Origin: Batkoa obscura
Lineage: Eukaryota
DNA: 64,000 nt
NCBI GenBank assembly: GCA_030770535.1
Contig: JASVEC010000002.1
Coordinates: forward strand, 310,001-374,000
Direction of reading: 5' to 3'
Position 1 is the first letter of the stretch; every line of letters begins with the position of its first letter. This document shows positions 50,080 through 62,677 of the stretch, one piece after another. A program made the translations under genes and the position numbers. The notes beneath the pieces were generated by a model that worked only from the letters and a program-made list of their open reading frames with translations, was not told the DNA's origin and made no database searches.

Positions 50080-50900
50080 CAGCCAAATATTTTCTCAATT
50101 TTATTTTTAGGCTACTGCTATTTCTATTATTTTTTGGTTGTTTTTTTATAAATTAAAGTAGTAGCACTAAGAGTTGATAGTGGTAGATGTATGTGGTTAA
50201 AATACTATATTGGGAGTGTTTTTTTGATTTCATTATTTTTTCCATTTTTTAAGCGCTATTTGAGTGGAAAATTTATTAGTAAAGTTCTTAAGCACAAAAA
50301 TACATCCTCATATGATATTTAGATGAGTTGATTCATGTACTACATATTCCATATTTAATGATGGTAATAAATAGCTATTTAAACTAGGTTTATAGAAAAA
50401 AGTGAAATTAGCTTATAAAACGCCTAACGGATGGCACACCATACAACCAATCCACCAAAGTCCCCTTTGTCATCACCCAAACCTTTTTATCAGTTTGATT
50501 CATAAGCATCTAATTTTTAAAAAAATTAAAAGTAAAGACTACTGACTCTTTTGTTTCCATTTTAAATGTTTTCATTATCACTAGATTTAAAGAAGATAAT
50601 GAAATAAAAAATAGATTATTACACTTTAAATCATGAGTTTGATATAACTAAATGTTTAAGTGTATATTTTCATATTATATTGCGGATTTATACGTTAGCA
50701 CATACATTAAAGAGCATATAAGGTTCGTATCAGCATATGTATTATATGATAAAGCTAATGAATATATCAATAATAAGGCTAATAAACTTATGTGGCTATA
50801 TTACGCTTTCAATTTCAAGTTTATAATAACAGAGTACGATTTATATATCTAACTGTATTTATAATATAATCAAAATACAACTAAGCTATTTCTGAATGTT
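50080..50900 (+). pseudogene. Fragmentary Kelch-like membrane protein pseudogene (P5)
   Basis: VALRVDSGRCM.. and LFKL..KVKLA match the family N-terminus; MITE inserted; 3' limit uncertain. Confidence 0.6.
50212..50309 (+). mobile_element. MITE copy 14 (inside P5)
   Basis: Core and termini. Confidence 0.88.
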
Positions 50901-51247
50901 TTACCATGATAAAATACTTAATGTAGGAGTTATTGATGACAATTATCAATACAGTCGTTAAATTCTTCAAGGTGTATTACTATTGGCAATTGTAAAGGCC
51001 TTTAGACGTCTATATAAGAAGAAAAGTATAGCATAAACTCTGACTTTTACTAGTATGACAAATAGGGTCAATATTTATCAACTATGATTTCTTTTTTACA
51101 AAAAAGACATTATGTTATATATATATATACTTAAATTTCCCCCTTATGACATCATTTTATTTATTAAAATATTTAAAGTAATCATTTATAATAGGGATAG
51201 TAAGGACCCTACTTTGAAGAAGATTTTAGAATTTAATTCACTATAGT

Positions 51248-51343
51248 GAAGATGTATTTTTTTGTTTAATTTTACTAATAATCTTTCCACTCAAATAACG
51301 CTTAAAAAATGGAAAAAATGATAAAATCAAAAAAAACATCCCT
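51248..51343 (-). mobile_element. MITE copy 15
   Basis: Reverse-oriented core. Confidence 0.85.
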
Positions 51344-51599
51344 ATAATTTTGTGCTAATATCAGAGCAGAAATCAAATGTTGCATTTAAATTTTATAAGC
51401 TTGAACTTCTAGTACTTTGTTAACCTTTATGAGTATGACGGTGTACTGGCTTTTTGTTTTACTGTTAACCATTGATAGCGTTTGCTTCTTATAACTCTTA
51501 ATAGTTCAAGGTTAGTTTACCTTTACCCAAAGATGCAATAAATAAAAAAATCAAAATTAGCACAAAAATAAAATGTAATTTAATAACAGTTCAGTTTTA

Positions 51600-52990
51600 T
51601 TTTGTTTTGTTTTATCTATATTTACATCTCTTAAAGCTTTGATGAGCGCTTTTATAGATAACATAGAAGTAGCTTTGTCAATTTCTTGTGAATGGCTGAA
51701 TATTGCAGTATTGTAATAATCACTATTAGCATCTAACAATTGATTGGATCGATAACAATATGATCAATAGTATAACTTGAAGGTCTTTTCTTTGATTTGT
51801 GTTTATATGATACAAATAACACGACCGCTCTAATTGAAATGATCCCCCCTAAGATACCCCCAATTGTCGAAATACTATTATTTCGAACATTACCTATTCC
51901 TTTAGTTTATATACTATTACCAATATTACTGTTATTTAACGGAGGTATACCGCCTACTTCCTCGAAAGTATTCACACCAAACGCTTGGACTTTATTTGAG
52001 ATCTCATCTTCAGTTCCTCTATACCTGGTAGAATCTTTTGTATTATCAAAAATGCTTTGATTAAGTCGAATAGAGCCAGATGAATTTACCAAATAGTTGT
52101 TATATTTAGAAGACGTCTTTCATTTTTAATTAAAAGTTTTATGTTTGATTGTTTAAATTTTAATAATGGAAATTGAAACGCACAAATCTCAGTTTAGACA
52201 CTATCACCATCAAGGATGAAATATACCGAACCACTAAATTTTACAATAGATAAGCTGGTATGATTACTGGATTTAGTATTATACTTGTCTATTTTATAAG
52301 TTGTCAAATCCAATTCATATAATATATCGATAATGGTATATGAAGCCAACTCTGGTACGTTTTTAAAATAATATACTTTATTGTTATTGCTAAATAGCAA
52401 TATCATGGAATTGGCTCTTTTTGGTTGATAGATTGTTTTCACTTCTTCAGTTTGAATATCAAATGATACTATTTTTGTTGGAAATGCTGCTGAATAAAAT
52501 TTGTTAGTAATGCAAAGTCTTCTTTAATTTTTCTCACTCTATAAAATGTTATAATAAACATAGTCACTAACCCTATCTTTTTCATAATTAGGTGAAAAAT
52601 CAAATTCATAGACCTTCTTGATTGCATATTCGCTCCCCACTCATTTTTTTTGATATCAAATTGATTATACTTTACATTTGCACTATGAATATTGTTAAAA
52701 ACCATCAACGTTTTATTCTTTATAGAAAATTCCATATGAAAAGCGAACAAGGTTTGATAAATTAGTTGTATTATATACAGTCCATTCTATAGTATTATCA
52801 ACTAATTTCACTCCTTTTTTTAAATCTTAAACATTTCCTTATTATATATATTTAAATTCGAAATGGTTATATATTCACCAAATTAATACAAATCACCTCC
52901 TACTACAATACACCACATCTGCCACCAAATACTCTTGACAATACTTCATTAGCTTCATAAAATAAGTTACTAATAAAAATATATATGATT
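51600..52990 (-). pseudogene. Kelch-like membrane protein pseudogene (P6), near full length
   Basis: Fragments NNNKVYYF, ILYELDL, SNKVQ, IGGILGGIISIRAVVLFVSYKHKS, YYNTAIFSHSQEIDKATSML. Confidence 0.87.
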
Positions 52991-53017
52991 TTTTTAAGCT
53001 AAAAACTGTGTTAGAAT

Positions 53018-53088
53018 GAGTGCTTTGATTTCATCAGTTTTTCCATTTTTTAAACGTTAAATGGAAAGATTGTTAATAAAATTAATCC
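53018..53088 (+). mobile_element. MITE copy 16 (truncated, degenerate)
   Basis: TTTCATCAGTTTTTCCATTTTTTAAACG..GGAAAGATTGTTAATAAAATT. Confidence 0.65.
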
Positions 53089-53331
53089 AATTGGTCGAAT
53101 TATACTTAGTTTAGTACAGTATCGTCTTTTATTTAGCTATTAATGAAAAGTAGTTTCAGTAAATTTGTTTGTTTTATAACAGCCTGTTCAACATTATATA
53201 AGTTCATTAATCCTTACAATATTATAAAACTTTGAGCTTTGAACTATTTATTAAGTTATATCTAAAGGAATTCCTTATTTAAATAAGCTTTAAAAAATAT
53301 TAAAAGTTAAAAATCGCCCCTAATAAAATAT

Positions 53332-53436
53332 GGGGATGTATTTTTGTGTTAAGAATTTCATTACTAATTTTTCCGTTCAAATAGTGCTTAAAAGATGGAA
53401 AAATAATGAAATTCTTTAACACAAAAATATATCCCC
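53332..53436 (-). mobile_element. MITE copy 17, variant with the same end at both termini
   Basis: GGGGATGTATTTTTGTGTTAAGAATT ... AATTCTTTAACACAAAAATATATCCCC; ATAT flanks. Confidence 0.85.
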
Positions 53437-56400
53437 ATATTGTAAAAATAAAATTACAATCAAGTTAAAAAAGTTAAGTTTATTGTAAGTTATAAGTACA
53501 AAAATACAAAGTAGTTAGTTTAAACAGGGGAACGTTTAGATTTTGTTATCATAAAAACATAAAGATATGGCTTTTATATTTGGATTTCTAGTTAATGTTT
53601 TTTAAATATACAAGTTAATATTAAGATAATAAAATTAAGTTAAAAATCGCTTTTCGTTAATTCTTTAAGCCATATTTTTTAAAATCAAATCACTTGTATT
53701 TTATTATACTTATTTGTCATTTACCATGGTTATTAAAAAATAAATACAATGATTGTTTTCATTAAGTGTTTAAAGACTGTTATTTTATATTATTTGCCTA
53801 AGTAAGATGTTCAAGTTTTAAGTGTATGTAACTTTACCTAACTAATTTTAATTTAGCAAGAAAGGATTATTTTTTCCATTTTCCCCTCTCGCTACTTCCT
53901 TGCTTCTCATTTGTATTATCTAATATTTCAATGTTAAACTTTTCTTACCTCCACCAATAAATCACTTGGGAATTTAACCCTTCCAAGATTTTTACAAAAG
54001 AAGTATCTTTTAAATCTTTATCTCCAGTTTGAAATACTAAAACTAAATCAATACTAAATATATTATTATTAAATATCGATCGCTTCATATGAGATACAAA
54101 CGTTAAAAAGTATAAAATATTCCCTATAAATAATAGAACTAAAAGCTGTTTAGCTTCCAACATTAAGGTTTAATGAAGCTGATACATTTATCACATTTCG
54201 TTGCTAGATAAACCAATGTTTTTGAAACACTTTTTAAAATTTCAATTAATTTATATACACTTCTAAAACTGAGCTACAAAACAATAAAACAATAGCTCAT
54301 ATTATATATCGTTTGCCCAATCTTGAATATTTATTTTAAAATTCACCTGATTTTTTTAACATTTATTTTTAACTTTTTAAATTATTATTGAGGATAAATT
54401 GGTTAAAAAGGTAATATTAAAAAAAATGGTATTAGCTTTTAGAAAAATTCCGAATAATACTAAATAAAGTAATATGAATTTCGATTTTTTGACCTATGAT
54501 GTAATTTCATTTACCATTACTTGAAAGCGGGGGTTGGTAAAATAAAATTAAATTTTGCAGCATTGCAGATAATTCAATTCCTTTGCGAATTACTCAACTG
54601 TTTATTTGATAAAAAGTTAAGTTGAAATATTTGGAATAAGAATATCAGGCTTCAGAAATTCAGCTAGACAAATTTTTTTACTACAAAAACTACCGCTAGA
54701 TAGCTCACAAATAGTTTGAAACAATAAAATTGCAATTTATCCATTTTCTACTAATTGGCCTATTAAATTAATGTTTACTTTATAAAAACTGCAAAAAGTA
54801 ATATATAATACTCCGCTTTTAAGTTAAAAGATATAAACAGACTATACTATTTTATCGGAACTACAGTACCTAAATATCTAATACATTATTTTGTAAAGTT
54901 TATAACATTCTAATTTAAATGTAAAGCTATGAACCATATAAAATTTGACTTTTACATGATAATTTTATAAAATAAGGTAATGTTTATTGCATAACATATT
55001 GTAGAAATTTACATGAATTATAAAATAAATATATTCCTGAAGTTTTATTTCGATAATAATAATTTCATTTCAATAGATAAGGATTAACATTTTACCTATA
55101 CTAAAAGTCATACCAAAAACATATCCAATTATTTCTGTCAGCGTCTTTCTCTATCTTTACGATAAAGGCAATTACTCCATAATTTAATAATATATTTTTA
55201 GAATAGTTTATAATGTACATTTATTTTTAACTCACAATGTGATCTCTACAATTTTTAAGGTTAAGTGGGTTTATATTTTTTTATTTCATAAAAATCTGTC
55301 AAATCTTCCCCCTGATAGCTCATATTGTTTGTTGACTTACTCAATTGAACATTTGTATCATATAATAAAATATTTAATAGATAAAATGCGGATTGTGAAC
55401 TAATGACAGGTCACTTCCAAAGGGTTTTTGGGTTTAAAACTTTTTATCTTGATATGATCAAAGTACATAATTTTTTGGTAATATTATAATGGTTTAAGTC
55501 TAATAATCTCCCCCCTTCATCGTTTTTCCTCTTAACAGAAACTTTACAAAGAAATCAATAATTTTTTGTTTAATCTTTAAGCCGAAAGTAAAATCTATTA
55601 TAGTTATTTTACAATATATCATTTTAACATGATTACTTTATCAACTTCACTATGATGTATATATAAAGTGCTACACTATGATATAAAACATAATTGATAT
55701 AAATAATATAAGTAGTTCAGAATAATAGATATAAATAAATCTTTAGAATATGCAAAGGTTTGTATGTAAATTTTATTCAATTTTCTCAAATAATATTTTT
55801 GAACAAATTGCTTTAACCTTAAGCTCTACTTTTTAAAAAGCTGTGTGATAAGAAATCTAAATCATTATGAAATAAATTATCAGTTTATTAGACATTAAAC
55901 CTTTATTTTTATTAAACTAATAAATTATTTATCAAAATATTCAAAATTACTAAAAACAGAGTAATACATTTTCTATAACAAAATATATTAATTGCTCTTT
56001 TGAAATTTTTTATTACTAATGATATAATTCAAAATCTCATTTGGTATGTTTTAAGCTAAAGGTGCTTTGGTATCATAAGAACATGAATAAAGCTCCATAC
56101 CATGCGTTATAATCAAATTAAATCTAAGTACTAATTTAAAAATACTCAAAAATTGCGTTTATTGCAAACTTACTATGGTTTTAAATAGACACCACTGTTT
56201 ATCGCTTCTTCGTAGGATTATATATTAAATCAATTTATAAATCTTATAATATAGTCATATATATCACAACTAAGGTTATTTAAGCTGCTTGTGAGGTCTA
56301 ATAAATTAATATTCGTTCAATATCACTAGGTTGAGCATCATTTAAGATAAGTAATAATACATTGATTGGGTATATTTTAAAATGATATATTTATTTATTC

Positions 56401-58150
56401 CTTACATAGTGTGATGGTAATTTATGTTCGCATTTTAGATGCCCACGTAGCCCATAATATTGAGCATACTAATGTGGTATAAAAGTTTTATTTCTTATCT
56501 AAGCGGATAAACCAATACTTTTTTATCTATAATACACGAATTCGCTAAATTCAAAATATCTTTCTAATATGTATTCTGTAGTAAATTTCACCTGATGGCT
56601 AATGAACTCATTGTTTAAAAGCTAATAAAGCTGATGGTCAATACTGTTATTATTAATGTAATTGATGCACTATTATTCTAGAAATGCAAAGTTCTATTTA
56701 TTTAATACTGAAAGATAAAACTATTCTATCATAAATTTTATCAGTTGTAATAAATCTTGGCTTTAAGTAACATTAAAGTTAATATTTTTTCTAATACTAT
56801 ATCAAAAGAGCGAAGCTTTGGTAGAACTATTCTCAGGGTTCTCAGTTTGTAAGCGTTTTAAAGTAGCTTAAGTAAACTTCTATAAAATGGCCTGAGTTGA
56901 AATTTATTGCTATTTTAAGCATAAAAAACGGGCCGAATTTGAAAGCACTTAAGAAATCAAAATATTTTTTGTAATACTATTAAATACTTTAAATATAATA
57001 TTTAGCATAAACTAAAATATCAATATTAACAAAATTGCACTAGAAAATTATTACTGAGATTATACTCCATTGCCTACTAATACTTTATTTTCCTCATTTA
57101 AGCAATATGGCATTCGAAAACTTGTAGATAATTATTTCAAGCCTATTTTACCAGTAACTGGTACAACTAAGCCTAAATAAATATGGGTGAAAAAGGTAGG
57201 CTAGCTTATTTTAAGCCTTCTTGGCATTTGTAGCACCCTTTCAACAGAGAGTAAGGTTAATGTTTTACTTTAAACTTAAATTATATAATCCTTATTTTCA
57301 TAAATACACAGTTGTTAACCTATTGAGTTTCATTCCCCCTAATCTTTAAAAGCTTTGCAATTAGAGCTTAATATATTGAAAGGTCTAGAAATATTATAAA
57401 TTAAAATAGGCTCATATAAAACCTTGAAGCTAAATATAGTAATATGTTTTCCCCACTCTAATTTAGAATTTTGCAGTTTTTATCATTTATTCATAATGTA
57501 ATGAGCGCTAATCAAGCACATTTAACTATCTCAGTGCCAAATCGGGACCTAAACCACTATGCTTTTATAGCTTATAAGTAATTCTTCCAGGTTAAGTATG
57601 ATAACATGTATATCTGCTACGTATTACAAGTTATATTATAAATATGACTTAAAGTAAAATAAACAATGCATATTTAAGCTATCATTTCTTTACTACATTA
57701 AGACTTTCAATTACAAATAGACTATAAAAACAAATATAAATGAAATGATTTGATAGGGCGAATAGGCATTTAAACAAATAAGGATGAGGAGTTTTACTTA
57801 CTATTTTAATTATTATCTATAAATTCTTTTCATATCAAAACGAAGAGTGTGATCAAAACAGGAATTTTATAAAATCACCAAAATAAAATGAATAATTCTG
57901 TGTAAGTTAAGAGAAATACCAAATTTGTATTGCTAAAGTCATAGCTTTTTACTTGATCATGCTTATCTAAAAATAATGTTAATCTAAACGTTTTATTTGA
58001 TTGGTCAAGTTTTATTAACTCTTTAAAATTGGTATTAACTAAGATAACGAAATGATATATAAAGGGTCTGAAAATACAAAAATTTTAAAAAACAATTTGC
58101 ATATTTATCATAACAGTATTTAAATACTTTTTTCAAATCTTCGTTACAAA

Positions 58151-58570
58151 ATGAAAGTTTCTTTTAACCAAGTCGATAATCTTAAACCATTTAAACCACG
58201 TACCTACATTCCTAATGTAGTTAGAGCAAGGACAAAGCTCACTGAAGAGCAATTCGAGATTTTGGAAGCCTTATATAAGAAGGATTGTAATCCTTTATTA
58301 GCTATTAGAAGGGATCTCGGCAAACGATTAAATTTACCACAAAGAGCCATTCAGATTTGGTTTCAAAATCGTAGAGCTAAATCTGTCAAAATAAATGAAC
58401 CTGTCACCACTCAAAGAACACAAAAATTAGCTAAAGATCACTCTAACTATTCCTCCAAGACACCTAATTTAAGCTCTCTTTTAAGCAGCGAATCCGATAA
58501 TGAACCTAAACAAAGAATATCCGAATATTGGATGACAACGATGTCATGCTCTAAAGTTATTCCATATTGA
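58151..58570 (+). CDS. Small homeodomain transcription factor (139 aa)
   Basis: RARTKLTEEQFEILEALY..RRDLGKRLNLPQRAIQIWFQNRRAK; TATATAAA ~90 bp upstream. Confidence 0.93.
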   Translation: MKVSFNQVDNLKPFKPRTYIPNVVRARTKLTEEQFEILEALYKKDCNPLLAIRRDLGKRLNLPQRAIQIWFQNRRAKSVKINEPVTTQRTQKLAKDHSNYSSKTPNLSSLLSSESDNEPKQRISEYWMTTMSCSKVIPY

Positions 58571-59725
58571 ATATCTAAATTTCCTTCTACTTTATTATTT
58601 AACTGAATCAATGTACCATAACTATTTGGTTTACATAAAACTCCCTGTATATTTAATGTTAATAAAATTTTTACAAGTTTCCATCAAATTGTTTAATTTT
58701 CAAATATTTTTATCATGATTTAACATTTCACCCTGATATTTACATCATATTTAAAAATATAATAAAATCTATTGTAAAAATAACATCACCCTTTTATAAA
58801 TTACAGTTGAAACTATAAATACGAGCTATTGAACCTTTTATTAAACGTTTGAACCTTTCTATCATATTTGCTATATTTATTTTTAGATCAAAATTCTCCT
58901 TTATTTTATCTTTATATTAAATTCATCTTTTTGTGCAAATAAAATTATAATTAAACTAAAAACTTGTCATATTTATTATTTACAAAAGTTATTCTATTTT
59001 AATCTCATTGAGTAAATAATAATACCAGGAATATACCAGAATGCCAATAATCTGTGCACATTAAGTAAAATAAAAGATAACTACTTAGTAAATTTACATG
59101 TGGAAAGATTCTTATCTTCAACATTTTAATAAAGCTATATAACTGTGCAAAAAATACTAGTAAAAAATCCCTTTTTATAATACTAAGAATAATCCGCCCA
59201 TTGTCATTAAAGATTCTATAAGAAAATATAATATCACGCAATCCCACCTTAAATAAACTCTATATCGATATTATATTGCTTTATTTTAAATTAAAGGATC
59301 ACTTTTTTTGTATGTATTAATAATATTACTTGTGTTATTAAATCCTCATTTTATATATTTGTTAATAATGAATTTTAAATAATTTATTCTTATAATATTC
59401 CACTTTAGGCTATCAATTTATCACTAAGTTTAATACATGTAAAATAATTTATTAACAATAGCAAAAATTTAAAGACAAGGCTTTATCTTTAAATATTCAA
59501 AACCGTATAGTTCGATGTTTGAATTCCTATTTTAACATATCGTAAACGAATAAATAGTACTTTCTAAGCTATGTTTTGAAAGTTGAAAAATATAATATTA
59601 TTAATAAATTTTTTCAAATACTTGATAAAAATTTTGTTTTTTAAAGACCGAGTTTATTTTTGAAAAATAGTTGAATATTTTGGATTTATTTTTAACATAA
59701 TTATGCCGATTTAAAAGAACTATTT

Positions 59726-59814
59726 GGGATGTCTTTTCTTATTTAAGAATTTTACTGAGAGTCTTTCTATTCAAATAACGCTTAAAAAATGGAAAAAGTG
59801 GAAATAAAAAACCC
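59726..59814 (-). mobile_element. MITE copy 18
   Basis: Core; ATTT/ATTT flanks. Confidence 0.82.
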
Positions 59815-60085
59815 ATTTATTGCTTAATATTTGAAAATTCAAAAACATTATTAGTGAAATATTACTAAAATATATTCATTTTCAAGATAGTGCTACCATC
59901 CTTTTATTTATTTAGTTAAAGATTTAAAAACTTTTCAATTACCTCGTATTTTATAGCTTAGATACTTCTAGTCTGGAAAAACGAATTCCTGATAAAATTT
60001 ATATAACACTTTCAACTCAAGTTGCCACAGGTTTACAAAAATTTAGCCCGGTTTTTTAAATTTATTACCATTTGAAATTAAATAT

Positions 60086-60182
60086 GGGGATATATTTTTT
60101 GGATTCATCACTTTTTCCATTTTTAAACGCTATTTGAACGGAAAGACTGTTAGTAAAATTCTTAAACAAAAAATACATCCCC
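60086..60182 (+). mobile_element. MITE copy 19
   Basis: GGGGATA...CATCCCC. Confidence 0.9.
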
Positions 60183-60607
60183 ATAGATCAATTTTTATTC
60201 TATTAAAAACATTTTAGCTCTGGAATTAATAAAGTCAGTAAACTTAAATATTTAAATTTGATTCTAATTTAAATGTTTAAAATTTGGTCTAAAATTTCTT
60301 TTAAATTACTGTTACAAAAATAAACTTCAATTTTAGGTTGAAAACCCTGTATAATAATAAACTATAAACTATATTTTGTAAACTAAATTAAAAATACTCC
60401 AAATATAAACAAAAGTAATTTAATTATTATAAAACAAAGTTTGGCTTTAGTTATCATAGTTTAATGATAATATTAATAAACAATTTATCATCACTTTTTT
60501 CTTTATACGTGTTCAATTTTGAATTAAAATAGAAACTCCCTTAAACTAATTAAGGCTAATAAGTCGATTCACAATATTTAGTAAAATTGTAAATTGGAAG
60601 AACATTT

Positions 60608-60706
60608 GGGGATGTATTTCTGTATTTAAGAATTTTACTAACAATTTTTCCACCCAAATAACGCTTAAAAGATGGAAAAAATAATGAAGCCAAAAAAAAC
60701 AGCCCC
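60608..60706 (-). mobile_element. MITE copy 20
   Basis: GGGGATG...CAGCCCC; ATTT/ATTT flanks. Confidence 0.9.
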
Positions 60707-61767
60707 ATTTAATGTTATTTATTGATATTTAATTAATATCCTTACATTTACCAGTCATATTCTCGTGGTTGATTAAATTTATATTTCTTGCAGCTTTGAC
60801 GTACGTTTTCATAGGTAGTATAGTGATGCTATCATTAATCTTTTATGAGTAAGAAAACATTTCAGTACTATAATGATCATCGTTAACATCTAGTGGATTG
60901 ATTGACTCAATATGTACAGGCTCAGTAATCATACTTAGAGGTCTCTCTTTATTTGATATTTATATAATGTGGGTAATACAGCTATTGAAATTAAAATAAC
61001 TTTACTTATTCCTCCCACAATTCCTCCAATCAACAAGCTATCATTGTTCTTATAACCTGTTTTATTTATCTCCTTATCTTTGTTCTTATTCTTACTTGTA
61101 TTTATATTTATATTAATAGTCAATGCCAACATACCGCTTATTTAGTCCCAACTAGTGATATGAAATATCTGTATTGGCATTTGACCCTTGAAAGAGTACA
61201 TCAAAAATAAGTTTAGATGATTTATTATTAGATGAATGATTAGGATTATTTATATTAATTAAAGTATAACCAAACGAGTTTTTATCAAATAATCATTATA
61301 AGCATAAAGCAAAGCATCCTCCATTATTTAATGCAACTATAGCGTTTAATTGTTTAAATTGGAACAGAACTCATAAATATTGACTTGAACTTTACTGTCT
61401 TTCAAAATAAAATAAACTGATTTATCAAATTTTATAATAGAAAAACCTATACCATATTTAAAATCAATTCTATTTTTATTTTATAGTTTGTTAAATCTAA
61501 TTCATATAATACTCTAACTTAAGCTGTCTTTTAAGAAAATAAAATTGATTGTTATCAACAAAAAGCTGCTTTATACAAAATCTTTCAGGTGGTTGATAAA
61601 TTGTCTTTACCACCTTGGTTTGAATATCAAATAGCATTAATTTTACTAGTAAAGTCGCGTGTTTAAAAATTCATTAGAAATATAAAGTTCGTTTAAACCC
61701 TTTTCATTTAGTAAAATAACAAATCTTTGATAATACTTAATACAGTCTTTCCAAAAATCTAATGTAC

Positions 61768-61866
61768 GAGGATGTTTTTTTTGGCTTCATTATTTTTTCC
61801 ACCTTTTAAGCACTATTTGGGTGGAAAAATTATTAGTAAAATTCTTAAACACAAAAATACATCCCC
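61768..61866 (+). mobile_element. MITE copy 21
   Basis: GAGGATG...CATCCCC. Confidence 0.9.
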
Positions 61867-61869
61867 ATA

Positions 61870-62677
61870 TATATTATCTGATGAATATTTACTATCGTTA
61901 TTTTTTTTATTAAATCTTGATGAAATAGTTGAATCATTTAGTAAATATTGTATAATAGTTTCAATTTGCTCATCTTTAATTTTTTTTGTATTTTTAATAA
62001 TAGGTTGTAATGTTGATATTTTATTATTATTACTTGTTTTTGAATAATCATATTGATTTCTATTTATATTAAACCCAAAACTCTTACATTCATCAAAAGA
62101 ATATACTGAAGCTATAGTTGATAATAACGCTACTTGCTGATTTTTATTTCCTGTTTCCTTAAAGCACTAATTTTATACATTACTTGATTAAGTTTATTAT
62201 TATCGATAGTAAACTTTGATAATATATCTTTTCTTTGTTTTGTTTTATTATAAAATTCCATGAACCTTGGGTTGTTATAAGTAGCTCTTAAAATTGATGT
62301 AAATGAATTACAATGTTTATATTGTGTACTCCTCCCTATTGTATTGAAGTTTTCAAAAATTCCATTTCGAAGTTTAGTTATGAAAGTTTGCATTTTATTT
62401 TTATTTCAACAAAAAATAAAGTCAAATAACTGTATTTATATAATTATGTAATCATATAGTTATATATTATATATCTGTTAAATATCTAACAGAACTAACA
62501 TAAAATATATAGTTAGGAAAATTAGCTATTCAAGAAAAGGAAACAATTAAAATAAGTTTTAAATAGAGACATTTAATTTTAGGCTTTTTAGATTTAACCG
62601 TTATATTGGACACAAACTTAAAATTTTAAATTTGGATTAATTTCTAAGTAAATTCTGAAACCAATTAGGACAGCCCC
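61870..62677 (-). mobile_element. Truncated DNA transposon with frameshifted transposase-like N-terminus (possibly Sola2-like)
   Basis: Terminus GGGGCTGT (minus strand, from 62677) preceded by ATAT, as in the MITE. The ORF from 62393 continues after a frameshift as QVALLSTIASVYSFDECKSFGFNINR..KKIKDEQIETIIQYLLNDSTISSR. Confidence 0.55.

Noticed and set aside
57130..57250. Two hairpins followed by ACA (H/ACA snoRNA-like)
   Set aside because: Stems are short, boxes are trivially frequent in AT-rich DNA, and no guide target can be identified
5812..61866. Recurrent ~97-bp sequence as a CRISPR array or ncRNA gene family
   Set aside because: Dispersed, in both orientations, with TIRs and TSDs, and inserted into pseudogenes; it behaves as a MITE in a eukaryotic genome
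61772..62047. 91-aa hydrophobic ORF
   Set aside because: Starts inside a MITE and is antisense to the transposase-like relic
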